From: Felis catus
Lineage: Eukaryota
Reading direction: 5' to 3'
DNA length: 64,000 bases
Assembly (NCBI RefSeq): GCF_018350175.1
Contig: NC_058383.1
Span: 15,936,001 to 16,000,000 of the forward strand
The position numbers and the translations under genes are program-made. Position 1 is the stretch's first letter. Each line of letters begins with the position of its first letter. Of the stretch, positions 23,740 to 46,760 are shown piece by piece. Under the pieces are notes generated by a model. That model was not told where the DNA came from, made no database searches, and worked only from the letters and a program-made list of their open reading frames with translations.

Positions 23740-26220
23740 ACATCTAACACCATACTTAGTGGTAGAAGACTGGATGCTTTTCTCCTAAGATCAGGAACAA
23801 AGTGAAGATGTCCACTCTCATCACTTCTATTCAAAATTGTACTGGAGGGGGGCACCCTGATGGCTCAGTCCGTTAAGCTTCTGACTTTGGCTCAGGTCAT
23901 GAACTCATGGTTCCTGAGTTAGAGCCCCACATCCAGCTCTGTACTGATAGCTCAGAGCCTGGAGCCTGCTTTGGATTCTGTGTTTCCCTCTCTGTCTCTG
24001 CCCCTCCCCTGCTCGTGCTCTGTCTCTCTTGTCTCTGTCTCTCTCAAAAGTAAATAAACATTTAAAAAAATTCTACTGGAGGGACTAGTCAGAGCAATTA
24101 GGCAAAAAAAAAAAAAAAATGTATTCAGTTTGGAAAGGAAGAAGCAAAACTATTTATTAGCAGATGACATGACATTGTATGTAGAAAATCATAAGGAATC
24201 CACTAAAAAACTGCTGGATAAACAAATTCGACAGATTTCGAGATACAAGATCAATATATAGAAATCAATTGTATTTCTATATATTAACAGTGAACAGTTG
24301 GGAAATGAAATTAAGAAAAACAATTCCATTTATAATACATCAAAAAGAATAAAATAGTTGGGAATGAATTTATTAAAAGTAGTGCAAAACTTGTGCTCTG
24401 AAAATTACAAAATATTACTGAAGGAAATTAAATAAGATCTTATTAAATTAGAAACATCCCGTGTTCATGACTGGAAGACTTAATATTGTTAAAATATCAG
24501 TACTCTCCAAATTGATCTACAGACTCAATACGTCATTATCAAAATCCCTACTGACCCTTTTTTGCAGAAATTGACAAGTTAATTATAATATTCATATGAG
24601 GATACAAGGGACCCAGAATGGCCAAAGCAATCTTGAAAAGGAAGAAAAAAGTTCGAAAACTCAGTTTCCAATTTCAACACTTGCCACGGTACTACATTAA
24701 TCAAGATAGTATGGTACTGGCATAAAGTAGACATACAGGTCAATGGGGTAGAATGGAGTATCCAGAAATAAAGCCTTACATTTAGGTCAATTGATTTTTG
24801 ACCAGAGCGTTGAGATAATTCAAGGAGAGAAAACAATAGTTTTTTTCAACAAATGGTACAAAAATAACTGCATATTCACATGCAAAATAATAAAATTGGA
24901 TGCCTAACTCACACCATACAGAAAATTTTAACTGCAAATTAACAAAGTAAATCTTCATGACTGAGTTAGGTAATATTTTCTAAGATATGACACCAAAAGT
25001 GCAAGCAACAAAAGAAAAAAATGGATAAATTGAACTTCATCAAGATTAAAAACATTTCTGCTACAAACAATACAAACAAGAAAGTGAAAAGACAATCTAA
25101 AGAATAGGAAGAAAATATTTGCAGATCATATGTCATACATCTGATAAGGGACTTGTATCATCAAAATTAAAAACTTTTGCTCCAAGAAAAATGCTGTTAA
25201 ACCAAAGAAAAAACAAGATAGTACCTCACCAAAGAAGATAATACTTGGATGGCAAATAACCACATGAAAAGATGCTCAGCATTAGTCATTAGGGAAATGC
25301 AAATTAAAGCATTAATGAAACATACTATGCACCCATAAGAGTGACTAACATTAAAAGACTGACCATTTGAAGTGTTGACAAGGATGTTCAGAACTGAAAC
25401 TCTCATATACTGCTGGTGGGAAAAGTACACCTGTACGACACTTTTCAAAACTATTTGGTAAGTCCCTAAAAATTAAACATACACCTACCATGTGGCCCAG
25501 ACATCCCACTCATAGGTATTTATCCAAAGGAAATGAAAGCATATGTGCATAGAAAGACTTGCCATGAGTTTTTTAAAAGTTTTATTTATTTATTTTAAAA
25601 GAAAGAGAGACCACAAGCTGGGGAAGGGTAGAGAGAGGGAGGGAGGGGATCCCAAGTAGGTTCCTCACTGTCAGTAGAGAGCCCGATTCAGAGCTGGAAC
25701 TCACAAACTTGAGATCATGACCAGAGTTGAAATCAAGAGTCAGGCACTTAACCAGCTGAGCCACCCAGGCGCCCCTGTACGTGCATGTTTTATTTGTAAT
25801 AGCTAAAAATTGGAAGCAACTTAAATGTCCGCCAACAGACATCGGATAAACAAACTGGGGCATATCCATACAACGGAATAAAAAGAATTGAGCTATTGAT
25901 ACATGTAATAACATGGATAAATCTCAAAATAATTATGCTGAGTGAGAAAAGCCAGACAAAAACAGATTAGATAGATAGATAGGGAGAATGCTAACTAATA
26001 TGATTGCAAAAAGCAGATAAGTGGTTTCTCAGTTATGGATGGGGGAGAGGCAAGAGGAAGGGATTATAAAGAGGTATAAGGATCCTTTTGGGTATGATGG
26101 ATACATTCACTACCTTGATTATGGTTAATTTCATGGGTGTAAGTATATGTCAAAACACATCAAATTGTACACTTTAAATATTTTTGTATTATTGTATATC
26201 AGTTACATCTCAATAAAGCT
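23740..26220 (+). mobile_element. Old L1 ORF2/3'UTR fragment interrupted by SINEs
   Basis: Decayed ORF2 motifs (aagatcaggaacaa, gcagatgacatga, atcaagatagtatggtactggcataaa) and a 3' end caataaagct. Confidence 0.8.
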
Positions 26221-26231
26221 AATATATACAC

Positions 26232-26325
26232 TATATATATGTGTGTTATATATAATATATATTATATATATATAATATATATTATATATATATAATATAT
26301 ATTATATATAACACACATATATATA
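26232..26325. repeat. 94-bp perfect AT-rich palindrome
   Basis: Two 47-bp arms with no spacer; checked base by base. Confidence 0.9.
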
Positions 26326-26465
26326 TACACACATACCTTTGTGTATATCCAGGTCCATTAGGGTTTTAACGGTGGGATTGTGAGCATTTTTTTTAAAAAC
26401 ACTTTTAAACATTTTAACAAGTTTTGTTTTGTTTTGGGAGAGAGAGAGGGCGCAGGTGAGTAAGG

Positions 26466-26513
<48 letters not shown>

Positions 26514-26844
26514 AGGGCTCACCTGAATTGGGGCTTTAATTTTACCTGAAACAGCCCTGGTGGTCACCCAATCCAGGGCTCAAGCTCACCTGATGTGGGA
26601 CTTGAACTTATGAACCTGCGACATCATGAGCTGAGACGAAGTCAGATGTTTAATGACTGAGCCACCCAGGTGCCCAACACTTGGAAATTTTCAAAAATAC
26701 TCACTTGAACAGCTATTGACATTTTGCAAATCTTATATCTTACCAACTTCACTACTTTTTATTGTTGGAGCATTTTCAAATAAATCCCAGATAAATCATT
26801 TCACCTGACAATTCTTCAGTATGTATCTCTAAAAGATTAGAAGT

Positions 26845-27222
26845 TTTTTTTTTAAGTTTTTATTTATTTATCTTGAGAGACAGAGAGAGTGCAAGTGGGG
26901 AGGGGCAGAGAGAGAGGAAGAATCCCAAGCAGGATCCACACTGTCAGCTCAGAGCCCCATGTGGAGTTTGAACTCATGACATGTGTCCTGAGGCTATGTT
27001 TTAAAAAGTTCTTATGGGGCACCTGGGTGGCGCAGTCGGTTAAGCGTCCGACTTCAGCCAGGTTACGATCTCGCGGTCTGTGAGTTCGAGCCCCGCGTTG
27101 GGCTCTGGGCTGATGGCTCAGAGCCTGGAGCCTGTTTCCGATTTTGTGTCTCCCTCTCTCTCTGCCCCTCCCCCGTTCATGCTCTGTCTCTCTCTGTCCC
27201 AAAAATAAATAAACGTTGAAAA

Positions 27223-27265
<43 letters not shown>

Positions 27266-27464
27266 AAAGTTCTTAGATTTTAGGGGTGCCGGGGTGGCTC
27301 AGTCAGTTAAGCATCGGACTCTTGATTTCAGTTCAAGTCATGATCTCACCATTGTGAGATTGAGCCTGACATCAGGCCTGCTTGGGATTCTCTCCCTCTC
27401 TCTGCCCCTCCTCCTGCTCATTCTCTCTTTCTCAAAATAAATAAATAAACATAAAAAAAAAAAA
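26845..27464. mobile_element. CAN-SINE cluster including a young copy (27016-27268) with an (AAAT)n tail
   Basis: TSD AAAAAGTTCTTA around the young copy. Confidence 0.85.
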
Positions 27465-27544
27465 CACCACACATAACCTCATGTCATTATCTATTGTAGG
27501 TATTTTCTAAAGTGAATGTGAATGGATTTTGTAATATATTCTTA

Positions 27545-29250
27545 CTGAAATTTTTCTTGAGATAATTTTAGATTCATATGCAGTTGTAATAAATGATCAG
27601 AAATATCCCTTTACACTACTCAGTTTCCTCTAGTGGTAACATTTTGCAAAACTATAGTATATCACAACTGGGATATTGACATTAATATAATCCAATGATC
27701 TTACTCAGATTTCCCTATTTTACTTGTACTATTGTTATGTGTGTGCCTATATATGTATTAAGTTCTACACAATTTAATCACCTGTGTACGCTCATGTACC
27801 CATCACAAAGTTAAGATACTTAAAGTCCCAACAACATAATGATTCCTCATGTTGTCCTTATATAACCACCTCCCCACCATCCCTGACCCCTGGCAACTGC
27901 TACTCTGTCCTCCATTTCTAAAATTTCATCATTTCAATAATGTTGTATCAGTAGAATCATACAACGTGTAATCTTTTGGGACTGACTTTTTTTTTTTCCC
28001 CCTAAGAATAATATCCTGGCAATTCAGCAAAGTCATTGCATGTATCAATAGTTCATTTATTTTTATACCTTGAGTTATATTCCATAGTATATATTTATAC
28101 TGTAATATATTTTTAAGGGTCATTTTTTACATACAAAAATTATCACCATCATTCTTCTGCTTCCAAAGGGCACCGATAATTTATTTTGCCATTGTTGGGT
28201 GGCATGTTCTATAAATGTTAATTAGGTCACGTTACTTGATAATTTTGTTTAGATCACTGATATCTTTCCTGATTTTTCTGATACTGGTTCTGTCAATTAT
28301 AGAGATAGGGATGTTAACATCTCCCATTATAATTTTGGAGTTATTTATTTATCCTTAATCTTTGCTTCATATAATTTGAAGCTGTGTTTTTAGGAACATA
28401 CTCATTTAGGATTGTTAATACTTAATGATTAATTGATACTTTTATCATTATATAATGACCCTCTTTATCTCTGGTAATATTTCTTGCCTTAAAGTTTACT
28501 TTGTCTCGGGGCGCCTGGGTGGCGCAGTCGGTTAAGCGTCCGACTTCAGCCAGGTCACGATCTCGCGGTCCGTGAGTTTGAGCCCCGCGTCAGGCTCTGG
28601 GCTGATGGCTCAGAGCCTGGAGCCTGTTTCCGATTCTGTGTCTCCCTCTCTCTCTGCCCCTCCCCCGTTCATGCTCTGTCTCTCTCTGTCCCAAAAATAA
28701 ATAAACGTTGAAAAAAAAAAATTAAAAAAAAAAAAAGTTTACTTTGTCTTATATGGATACAGCCATTCCAGATTTATTATGATTAGTGCTTAAATGGTAT
28801 ATCTTTTCCATCCCTTTTATGTCTTTATGTCTTACGTCTTTATGTTTTAAGTGATTTTTTTGGTATGCAGCATACAGTTGGATCTTACTTTTTTAAATGC
28901 ATTCTGCCTTTTATCTCTGCCTTTAAGTGTTTAACCCATTTACACTTAATGTAATTATTAATACAGTTGTTTAAGTCTATTATCTTATTTTTTTCTATCT
29001 GTATTTGTTTCCTTTATTCTTGACTTCCTTTGGATCAAGAATATTTTAATATTCCATTTTATCTCATCTTTTAGGTTTTTAGATGTATCTTTTTTTGGTG
29101 GTTGCTCTAAGGATTACATTATGAACCCTTAACTTACTCCAGTTTGCCCTGAATTGATATTAGTATATCTTTTCATGTATAACATAACCACCTTACAACA
29201 GTATAATTCCATTAGTATCCTCTTCCACTTTGCTATAAAACTAACAATAC
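27545..29250 (-). mobile_element. Old antisense L1 fragments
   Basis: T-rich antisense L1 3'UTR and endonuclease-region motifs (ctctttatctctggtaatatttcttgccttaaag). Confidence 0.6.
28508..28736 (+). mobile_element. Young CAN-SINE (SINEC_Fc-like)
   Basis: Perfect TSD AAAGTTTACTTTGTCT; CpGs intact. Confidence 0.92.
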
Positions 29251-32199
29251 ATTTTTAAAGTAATTTTTAAGTAATCTCTACTTAAAAGTAGTGAGTTGGG
29301 GATCCAACTCACACCCTGAGATCAAGAGTTGCAGGCTCTACCAACTGAGCGAACCAGGCTCCCCTACTCATTTGTCTTTAAGGAAATTAAGAAGAGTGAA
29401 TAAAGTCTTCAATACATAGTTGCTCTTTCTGGTGTTTGTTTGTTTGTTTGTTTTCTAAGTAGGCTTCATGCTAAGCATGGAGCCCAATGTGGGGCTATCC
29501 TGAGATGAAGACCTGAACTGAGATCAAGAGTCGGGCACTTAACCCACTGAGCCACCCAGATGCCCCTTCTGGTGCTTTTTATTCCCTCCTGTAGACCCAA
29601 GCTTTCATCTTAAGTCATTTCCCTTCAGCATGAAGAACTCCCTTAGCCTTTCTTTTAGTCTGGGTCTTCTGGCAGTGAATTTGTGCGGCTTCATTTATTA
29701 AGGCTTGAGAATTTGATCCAATCTCAGTTACCATTTCTGTTGCATTATAGGATTAGGCAACCCTAGCAATTCCCTTGGAATGGACTCACCCGGTCCCCAA
29801 ACTCTAGCAGCCACACTCTGGAAGTCTGAAGGGAAGCTGAGTCTGCTGGTCATCAAAGAGGCCCCCGAGAATATGGCTCTTGCAACTGATTTCCACCATG
29901 ACCCAAGGCCCAGTCTTCCTTCTAGTCATGCTCCTACACCAACCTTAGGGTCCCCTAAACAGCCTACTTGGGGCAGGAGTGGTAGACTATTGTATGGACT
30001 GAATGTTGTCTCTTGAAAGTCTGAGATAGTCACTCTTCAGATCCCTTGTCTGACCTCTCTATGGACTACAGGTAGCAGATGATGGCCTCCTGGTGGTTAG
30101 AGAGGACCTGTCCTTCCTATCCATCTTCTCTGTGCTGATTATAGACTGGCCACAGGCAGGCACATTTCTCTGAGCCTCTCTCAGGCTCCCCAAAGTTTTG
30201 TTCGGGGTTCTCAGCTTTTTCTAAGAGAACTTGGCTGCTCTGCTCTCATGAGTCCTAAGTGCCAAGGACATTTCCTCAATATAAAGGGTCATGCCCACTT
30301 TAGTGTCTACCGTCAGGGTCTTAGCTGCAGACTCTTTTGATTCGTCTGGGTTTTTTTCTTCACAAGCCTTCATGCTACCTCTTTGTCTTCCTCCTTCTCC
30401 TGAGTTCCCTTCCCCAACCCTGCAGGGACCTCCACACAGGACAAGCTTGCTATTTGCTGCAAGCAAACCTGGGGTCACAATCTCTCTTCTGTCATGTGTG
30501 GGCAGCCAGACTGTCTCCTTCTAACTGGTTGCCGTGGGGCAAGTCCACTAATCCCTAACCCTTTGCAGCTTCAGCCTCTCCATCTATAAACAGGACTGCT
30601 TTGAAGGAAGATCGATCGTGTAAAGGCTTTAGCACAGTCTGGCACCAGTTGAGCCACTGTGTTAGGTGTTATAGTTACAGTACTACCTGTGTTATGCATT
30701 GTGTTTATAGCCCTGCTCCCAGACGTCTTCCCTGACTCCCTTTCCAGCCTCAATTCATTTGCCAGAGCGTTGGTCCCTGCGTGTTGCCTGATATTGAGGG
30801 ATGTGAGCTCATGTTTGCAGAGTACTGCTGGCTTTCACACTTGGCCTCCCAGGAAGCTATGTCAGGCCTCAGACCCCAGCAGGTAGATCCCAGGGACTTG
30901 CCACAATGCTGTTGCAGTTTAGAGGACCACATGGCTCAGAGCTGGTTTCATAGGCTTCCACATCTCTGTCCACCTGTGGCCTGATGCAGCCCAGTTATGG
31001 GACTTCTGTGGGAGAAGACAGGAAATGGCTGGGGGTCACAGGGATAAAGGGGATGAGGCCTTGCTTCCAAGGAGCTCTCAGTTGGGTAGGGAAGAAGACC
31101 CAGAACTCACAACTACAGTGCTCCCAATTTAGGGAAAGACTACTAGATGCATCTATAGGATCCAGTGCGACCACAGAGCTGGATATCTGGGTCATCTGGG
31201 AATCTCCCTGACATTGATGACATTGATGATGCTTGGCTAGAATACCAATGAATAAATGGGAAATAGTGAGACAGTGGAGGAAGGGCATTCCAAGCACAAG
31301 AAAGAGCATTTAAGAAGGATTGAATCAGCCTGATACATTCTAGGAACTGCAAGTGATTCCAGTCTGTTGGTTTCTATGATCTACAGGACCAAGACCAAAT
31401 CGTTTCTGTTGACATTCAAAGCCTTTCGTAATCTTGCCCCAACCTGCTTCCCACCGCTCCTGCCCACCCCACTCCTGTCCCTTTGTTATAGCCACTCTGA
31501 CCGCTTCCTGTCCTCCAGGCAGGCTATTCACATTCTGGCCTCCCAGGCTTTGCCCAGGCTACTCCCGTTGCAGGGAAAATTCTAATCCTCCTCTTTGGGG
31601 AGCTAACTCTCCTCTTCCAAGACCCAACTCAGGGGACATCAACAGAAGCCATTGCAGGGCAGAAGTTGGGTGTGTGCCACCAGCGCCTAGAACCCAGCTT
31701 GTCGTTTCTGTTAAATAGTTGATCAGATCAAGGAAATCTTCCCTGAGTACCCCAAGTAGACACCCTTTCCACGCTGCCTTAAATGCTCCCAGAACACCTG
31801 TCCAAGCTTTGTCAGGTCTTCTTGAGGCAGGTATCATTTCTTTTTCTTCAGGGTCTAACTCTACCTTGCCCAAACGAGTTGAGGTGCCAGGCACGTGTTT
31901 GTTGAATGAATGAATGATCGGGCAGGCCTTTTCACCTTATGTATCCTGTGAGCCCGCTAGGCCTAGCCCACTGTCTCCAACGCCTGGCACAGTTTGTTGC
32001 CCTCAGCGCTGTCGCTCGGGCACCACCCTCACTGCCCCTACCCCGCCCTGGGGGCCGCTCTATCCTAAGCCACTCCAGAGAAGGCTCCGCCCACAGCCGG
32101 TGTTGGAGGGTGGAGGCAACGCCCACCTCGCCAGGCCGCCTGGGATTGGTGAGGCCGCCGCCAGGAGGCGGGCAAGGGCCGGGCAGGGGCTGACGCTCG

Positions 32200-32259
32200 T
32201 TGGGCCAGAAAACCCCCGCCAGGTGGCTGGCTAGAGAGTGACCGCGCGGCCAGGAGGTG
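32200..32259 (+). other. ASL: Probable ASL non-coding first exon (5' end approximate)
   Basis: Donor GTGAGT at 32260-32265 in the CpG island; matching acceptor cttgtcttccag ends at 32469, upstream of the ATG exon. Confidence 0.55.
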
Positions 32260-32512
32260 GTGAGTGCCGGGCAGGCGGGACGGGAGGGACGCGCGCGGCG
32301 GGCGGAGCGGAGGACGCCGAGGACCGTGGCGCGCGCCCTAGGCACTGCCCACGTCCGCCTCCCCAGGGCTGCGTTGGGTCCAGCGCCGCGCCGGAGCCCA
32401 GAGCCCGCCCCGCCCGAGGGACTCCACCCAGGGGTCGGAAGAGGTCGTCAGTCCTGGCTTGTCTTCCAGACCCGGACGACCGAGGCTCCTGAACGACGAG
32501 GAACCGCCCAAC

Positions 32513-41854
<9,342 letters not shown>

Positions 41855-41876
41855 AGCCCTCCCCACCCTGCTCCCA

Positions 41877-41882
41877 AATAAA
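41877..41882 (+). terminator. ASL: ASL polyadenylation signal AATAAA
   Basis: AATAAA lies 22 nt after the stop codon. Confidence 0.8.
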
Positions 41883-42858
41883 GTGGGCCCAAGAGGAGAC
41901 TGCTGCTCGTGTCCTGCCTAGCCTGTCTCCCTCAGCAGCGGGCTTCCAGGGGTCTGCTGAGCGAGCAGCGGGGGCCATCAAGATAGTGGAGAAAATAGGC
42001 AGGGATGACAGAGTCACGGGTGGGGAAGGAGGAGAGGGGCTTGTCCTCATTAGAGCCCCTACCCCGCTTGGGCCCCACACCCTTCACCGCAGGGCAACAC
42101 AGTGACCTCCCGTCTAGGGTGTCTTGGGAGGCTTGGCCTCCTTGGAACCTTGGTGGCACCTGATGGGCTTGGTTAACTCAGTCCTTGTTCATTATCCTTC
42201 CTTCCAGTGTCCCCCAGGCTCCCCTGCTCACATTCTCCCCGTGCTCACCGACCCTTTCCTGAACAATCAGGCATGATTACAAGGTGTCCTGTGTTCTCGT
42301 GGGGGGAATGATGTATTTGGTGGTAAAATCAGTCATCCAGGTAGCGTGTGATGCCACGCACTAGGTGAGCTTCATACACAGGTGAAGATGTCTCCTTCAC
42401 CCTAGAGAGTAATGTACAGATAAACTCCCAGCACTGACCATGAGGTGAGGGCCACAGATAGGAGGAGCCTGCCCTGTGTTGCAGTCAAAGATTTACATTT
42501 GGTCTGCAAAGGGCCTGAGGCCAGGCCTGGCACACAGTAGATGTTCAATAGCAGTGAGTCCCCAGAGCCGGCAGAGATCTGACCAAAATCCTGGTAAGAA
42601 ATATCTAAAATTTATGTTTTATTAAGAACAAAGCTAAACTGAAGGAAGAATGAATAAGCCCTCCCACGTGTTTCCATGAGCAATGGAAACACGGTAAACT
42701 AAAGAACCAAAACTCCAGCAGTGGGGACACAACACCAAATTCCAAAAAAGGCCAAAGCCATGGGTCACAGAATGTTCTAGAATAGTGGCTCTGGAAGTGT
42801 GGTTTCTCCTCCCCACCTCCTCATCATCTGGGGATTTGTTTAAAAATGCAGACTTTCA

Positions 42859-43900
42859 GGGGCGCCTGGGTGGCGCAGTCGGTTAAGCGTCCGACTTCAG
42901 CCAGGTCACGATCTCGCGGTCCGTGAGTTCGAGCCCCGCGTCGGGCTCTGGGCTGATGGCTCAGAGCCTGGAGCCTGTTTCCGATTCTGTGTCTCCCTCT
43001 CTCTCTGCCCCTCCCCTGTTCATGCTCTGTCTCTCTGTCCCAAAAATAAATAAACGTTGAAAAAAAAATTTTTTTTAAAAATGCAGACTTTCAGGGGTGC
43101 CTGGGTGGCTCAGTCGATTGAGCGTCTGACTTCAGCTTAGGTCATGATCTTGTGGTTTGTGAGTTCAAGCCCTGCGGTGGGCTCTGTGCTGTCAGCTCAG
43201 AGCCTGGAGCCTGCTTCAGATTGTGTCTCCTTCCTCTGCCCCTCCCCCTCTTCTTTCTCAAAAAAGAAAAAAAAAACATTAAAAAAATTTTTAAATGCAG
43301 ACTTTCAGGCCTTAATGAAACCTATTAAATCGGATTCTGTGTGAGGCCCAGCTGTTTTCATAAGGCCTTCAGGTGATTCTGATGTGCGTTCAACTTTGAA
43401 AATCACTGGTCTCTAGAATCTTGTTACCCAGAGTTGCTATAGACCAGCACCTCACCTGGGTCCCAACCTGACCTGATTCAGAGTCTGCATTTTATTTTAT
43501 TTATTTTTTAAATGTTAACTTATTGGGGCGCCTGGGTGGCTCAGTCGGTTAAGCGGCTGACTTCGGCTCAGGTCACGATCTCGCGGTCCGTGAGTTCGAG
43601 CCCTGCGTCGGGCTCTGTGCTGACAGCTCAGAGCCTGGAGCCTGTTTCAGATTCTGTGTCTCCCTCTCTCTGACCCTCCCCTGTTCATGCTCTGTCTCTC
43701 TGTCTCAAAAATAAATAAAAATGTTAAAAAAAAAATTAAATGTTAACTTATTTATTTTGAGAGAGAGAGAGAATCCCAAGCAGGCTCCACACCGCCAGCA
43801 CAGAGCCTCATGTGGGGCTCGATGTCACGAAGCCTGGGATGATGACCTGAGACGAAATCAAGAGTCAGCTGCTTAACCGAATGAGCCACCCAGGCGCCCC
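42859..43900. mobile_element. Cluster of four CAN-SINEs within MER5-like remnants
   Basis: Plus-strand copies at 42859-43078, 43094-43292 and 43525-43740; minus-strand copy at about 43745-43900. Confidence 0.88.
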
Positions 43901-44342
43901 AGAATCTGCATTTTAACAAACTCACCAGATGCTTGTTGCACATGCTAGAGTCAAAGTGCTGATCCAGAGAATGCCTAAAATCTAGTCTCAGAAATGAAGG
44001 GATTTATGTCCATCAAACAGCAGATAGGATTAAAATAGTAATTATAATACATCCTGCCATACCACCTCCATCAGTGGGGCACACCCCAATCTAAAGTGGG
44101 AGCTTTACGTTCAGACACTCCTATTAAAAGTTTCTCCTTAACTGGAATCAGCCTTCCACATGTGAGCCTAGACACGTGCGGTCCAACTTGACCAGAAAGA
44201 AGGAGTCTCTCCTGTCTCAGTAGAGCAAGAATTTGTGTAACTTTTCTCCAGACTGTCCATACGTGGTTGAGTTACGCCCCGTGTCTGCCTCTTTCTATTC
44301 TGGCACCAACTGGCTATTTACACCAAAGCTCAGTGTGACCTT

Positions 44343-46760
44343 GTATTGGGTTCCTATTGCTGCTGTAACAGATTACCCCATACAGTGGCATAAAACAACA
44401 TAAACATTTATCTTACACTTTGTGAGGTCAGAGTCTGAAATGGGTTCTACTGAGACAAAATCAAGGGTCAGCAGGGCTATGCTTTTTTTTTTCAGAGATT
44501 CTAAAGAAGAATCTGTTTTCTTGTAGTTTTCAGTTTCTAAAAACCATCTGTGTTCCTTGGCTTTGTGGCCCTTTCCTTCCATCTTCAAGGCCAGCAGCAT
44601 AACTGCCATCTCTAACTCTGACCCTCTGCTTCCTTTGTCGCATCTTCTGACTGACCTCTCTGCCTCCCTTTTATAAAGACCCTTGTGATTTTACTGGATC
44701 CATCTGGATAAACCAAGATCATTGCTTCATCTCAAGATCCTTAATCACATCTGCAGAGTCCCTTTTACCATGTTAGGTGACATATTTTGGGGATTATGAC
44801 ACTGGGGATTCATTCAGTCTACTACATTTTGTTGTCTGGCTCTCAAGGATTAATGTCCATCCCACATGCAAAACATTCACTCCATTCTATGTTCCCCCAA
44901 AGTCTCAACCCCTTATAGCCTTAATGCAAGTTCTAAATCTTATCAGCTCAGAAGTCTCATATCTCATTACCTAAGTCATCTAAATTAGATACGGTGAGAC
45001 TCTGGGTCTGATCCATCCTGGGGCAAAATTCCTCTCTACCCATGAATCTGTGAATCTCTTATGATTGTGGTTTGGATTAGAGTTCACACATACAAACTCA
45101 AGAAACAAATAATCTAATCCCAGAATATAACGCTTGTTTAAGCACAAGATAATACTTAGAGGCATTTCAATTTGAAAAGGAAGAAAATGGAAGGGAAAAA
45201 GGAATCACTAGTTCCAAGCAACTTTGAAATCCAACCCAGAACATTCCATTAGGTTTCAAGGCCTGAGAATATACGTTTTCCCTGGTCTCTGAAAGTACTG
45301 TGTTCCTATGAAACTTTTCATAAGCCAAAATGCTATAAAGTGATAAAGCGATTACCATTAATTTATATGGAAAACTTTTGATCATTCCCAGGGCCCCCAA
45401 AATAACCTCTCCTAGGCTATTCTGATACCTTACCACATATCTTACTACTGGATGCCCAAAATAAATCAAGGCAAAGCACAGATGCTCATAGACACAGTTC
45501 AAAGCTATGGCGGCTCGATGCTGAGATGCTGAGTGTAGTTCTCGGGAAGGAGCTTGGTGATGCCACTCTCAGTGTTCTGGGTACGTGCTACCACTGTAAT
45601 GGCTCACAGCAAAACAAAATGCTAATTTTGCTTTTTTTTTTTTTTGTCTTCTTGAAAGCAAAAATCTTTGGATTTCTTTTGGTTAGTGAAAACAGGTACT
45701 AATGTAGGTCTTCCATAAAAGAGAAGTTGGATACAGGGGTGCCCGGGTGACTCGGTTAAGCTTCTGACTCTTGATCTCAGCTCAGGTCACCATCTCACAG
45801 TTCTTGAGTTTGAGCCCCGAGTCAGGCTCTGTGCTGACAGCGAGGAGCCTGCTTGGGATTCTCTGTCTCCTCTCCCTGCCCTTCCTTCCCCCAATCGCTC
45901 TCTCCCTCAAAAGAAATAAACTTAAAAGTGAAGTGGCATAAGGCAAACTTCTGAAAAGCAGGGGATCCCTGTAATCCTCTCTGCCCTTAAGCTCTGCGCC
46001 CTGGGCCTGTACCACCACCTGCGGAATGACCGTTCCTTTTTCTTGAAGGGTAGCGCATCTTTACCATTGAGTAACATGGAAATATATGACCCTGTTTCCT
46101 GTTTGAGGAAAATCAGAAAGACTTCCTTAATTTCCTTTTCTCTCTTTTCCTTTTAGGCCTCGCTAGCAGTGTTTTTGCTGATGTAACATTCTCAAGAGCT
46201 TTGTATATGTCAGGGCAGTTCACTTCATGAGACAAGGGATTTCTCTACAGATCTTTCCTAGATAATCACATCTCTATTCCTGACTTCTGCTGAGATATCT
46301 GAGGGGATCTGGGAATCATGTGCCAGATCTCTTCAAAGAGCACTCTTAACACCAGAGTGCTCTGGTCTTTTGATCTCCAGGCACTAGCAAAAGGTTCAGC
46401 CACACCGTAGGTTTTCTCCCTAAAGCATGCTTGCCTGACAGTGAATCTTCTAATTTCAGAATCTTTTGCAATCTAGATAGACTGAGAATTTCCCAAATTA
46501 TCAAGTTCCTTTTTGCTTAATGGTTCTTTTTTTTTTTTTTTTTAAGGTTATTTATTTATTTTGAGAAATTGTGAGCAGGGGAGGGGCAGAGAGAGAGGGA
46601 GAGAAAGAATCCCAAATAGACTTTATACTGTCAGGGCAGAGCCCAATGCAGGCCTTGAACTCACAGACCATGAGATCATGATCTGAGCTGAAGTCGGATG
46701 CTTAACCCACTGAGCCACCCAGGTGCCCCTGCTAAACAGTTCTTACCTCAATTTACCTCT
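44343..46760 (-). mobile_element. MaLR MLT1 LTR (about 44343-44826) plus internal sequence, interrupted by a probable Tigger-like DNA transposon (about 45270-45972) and SINEs
   Basis: ctattgctgctgtaaca...cagtctactaca LTR, followed by MaLR-internal motifs (cccacatgcaaaacattcac, atcctggggcaaaattcctctc). Confidence 0.6.
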
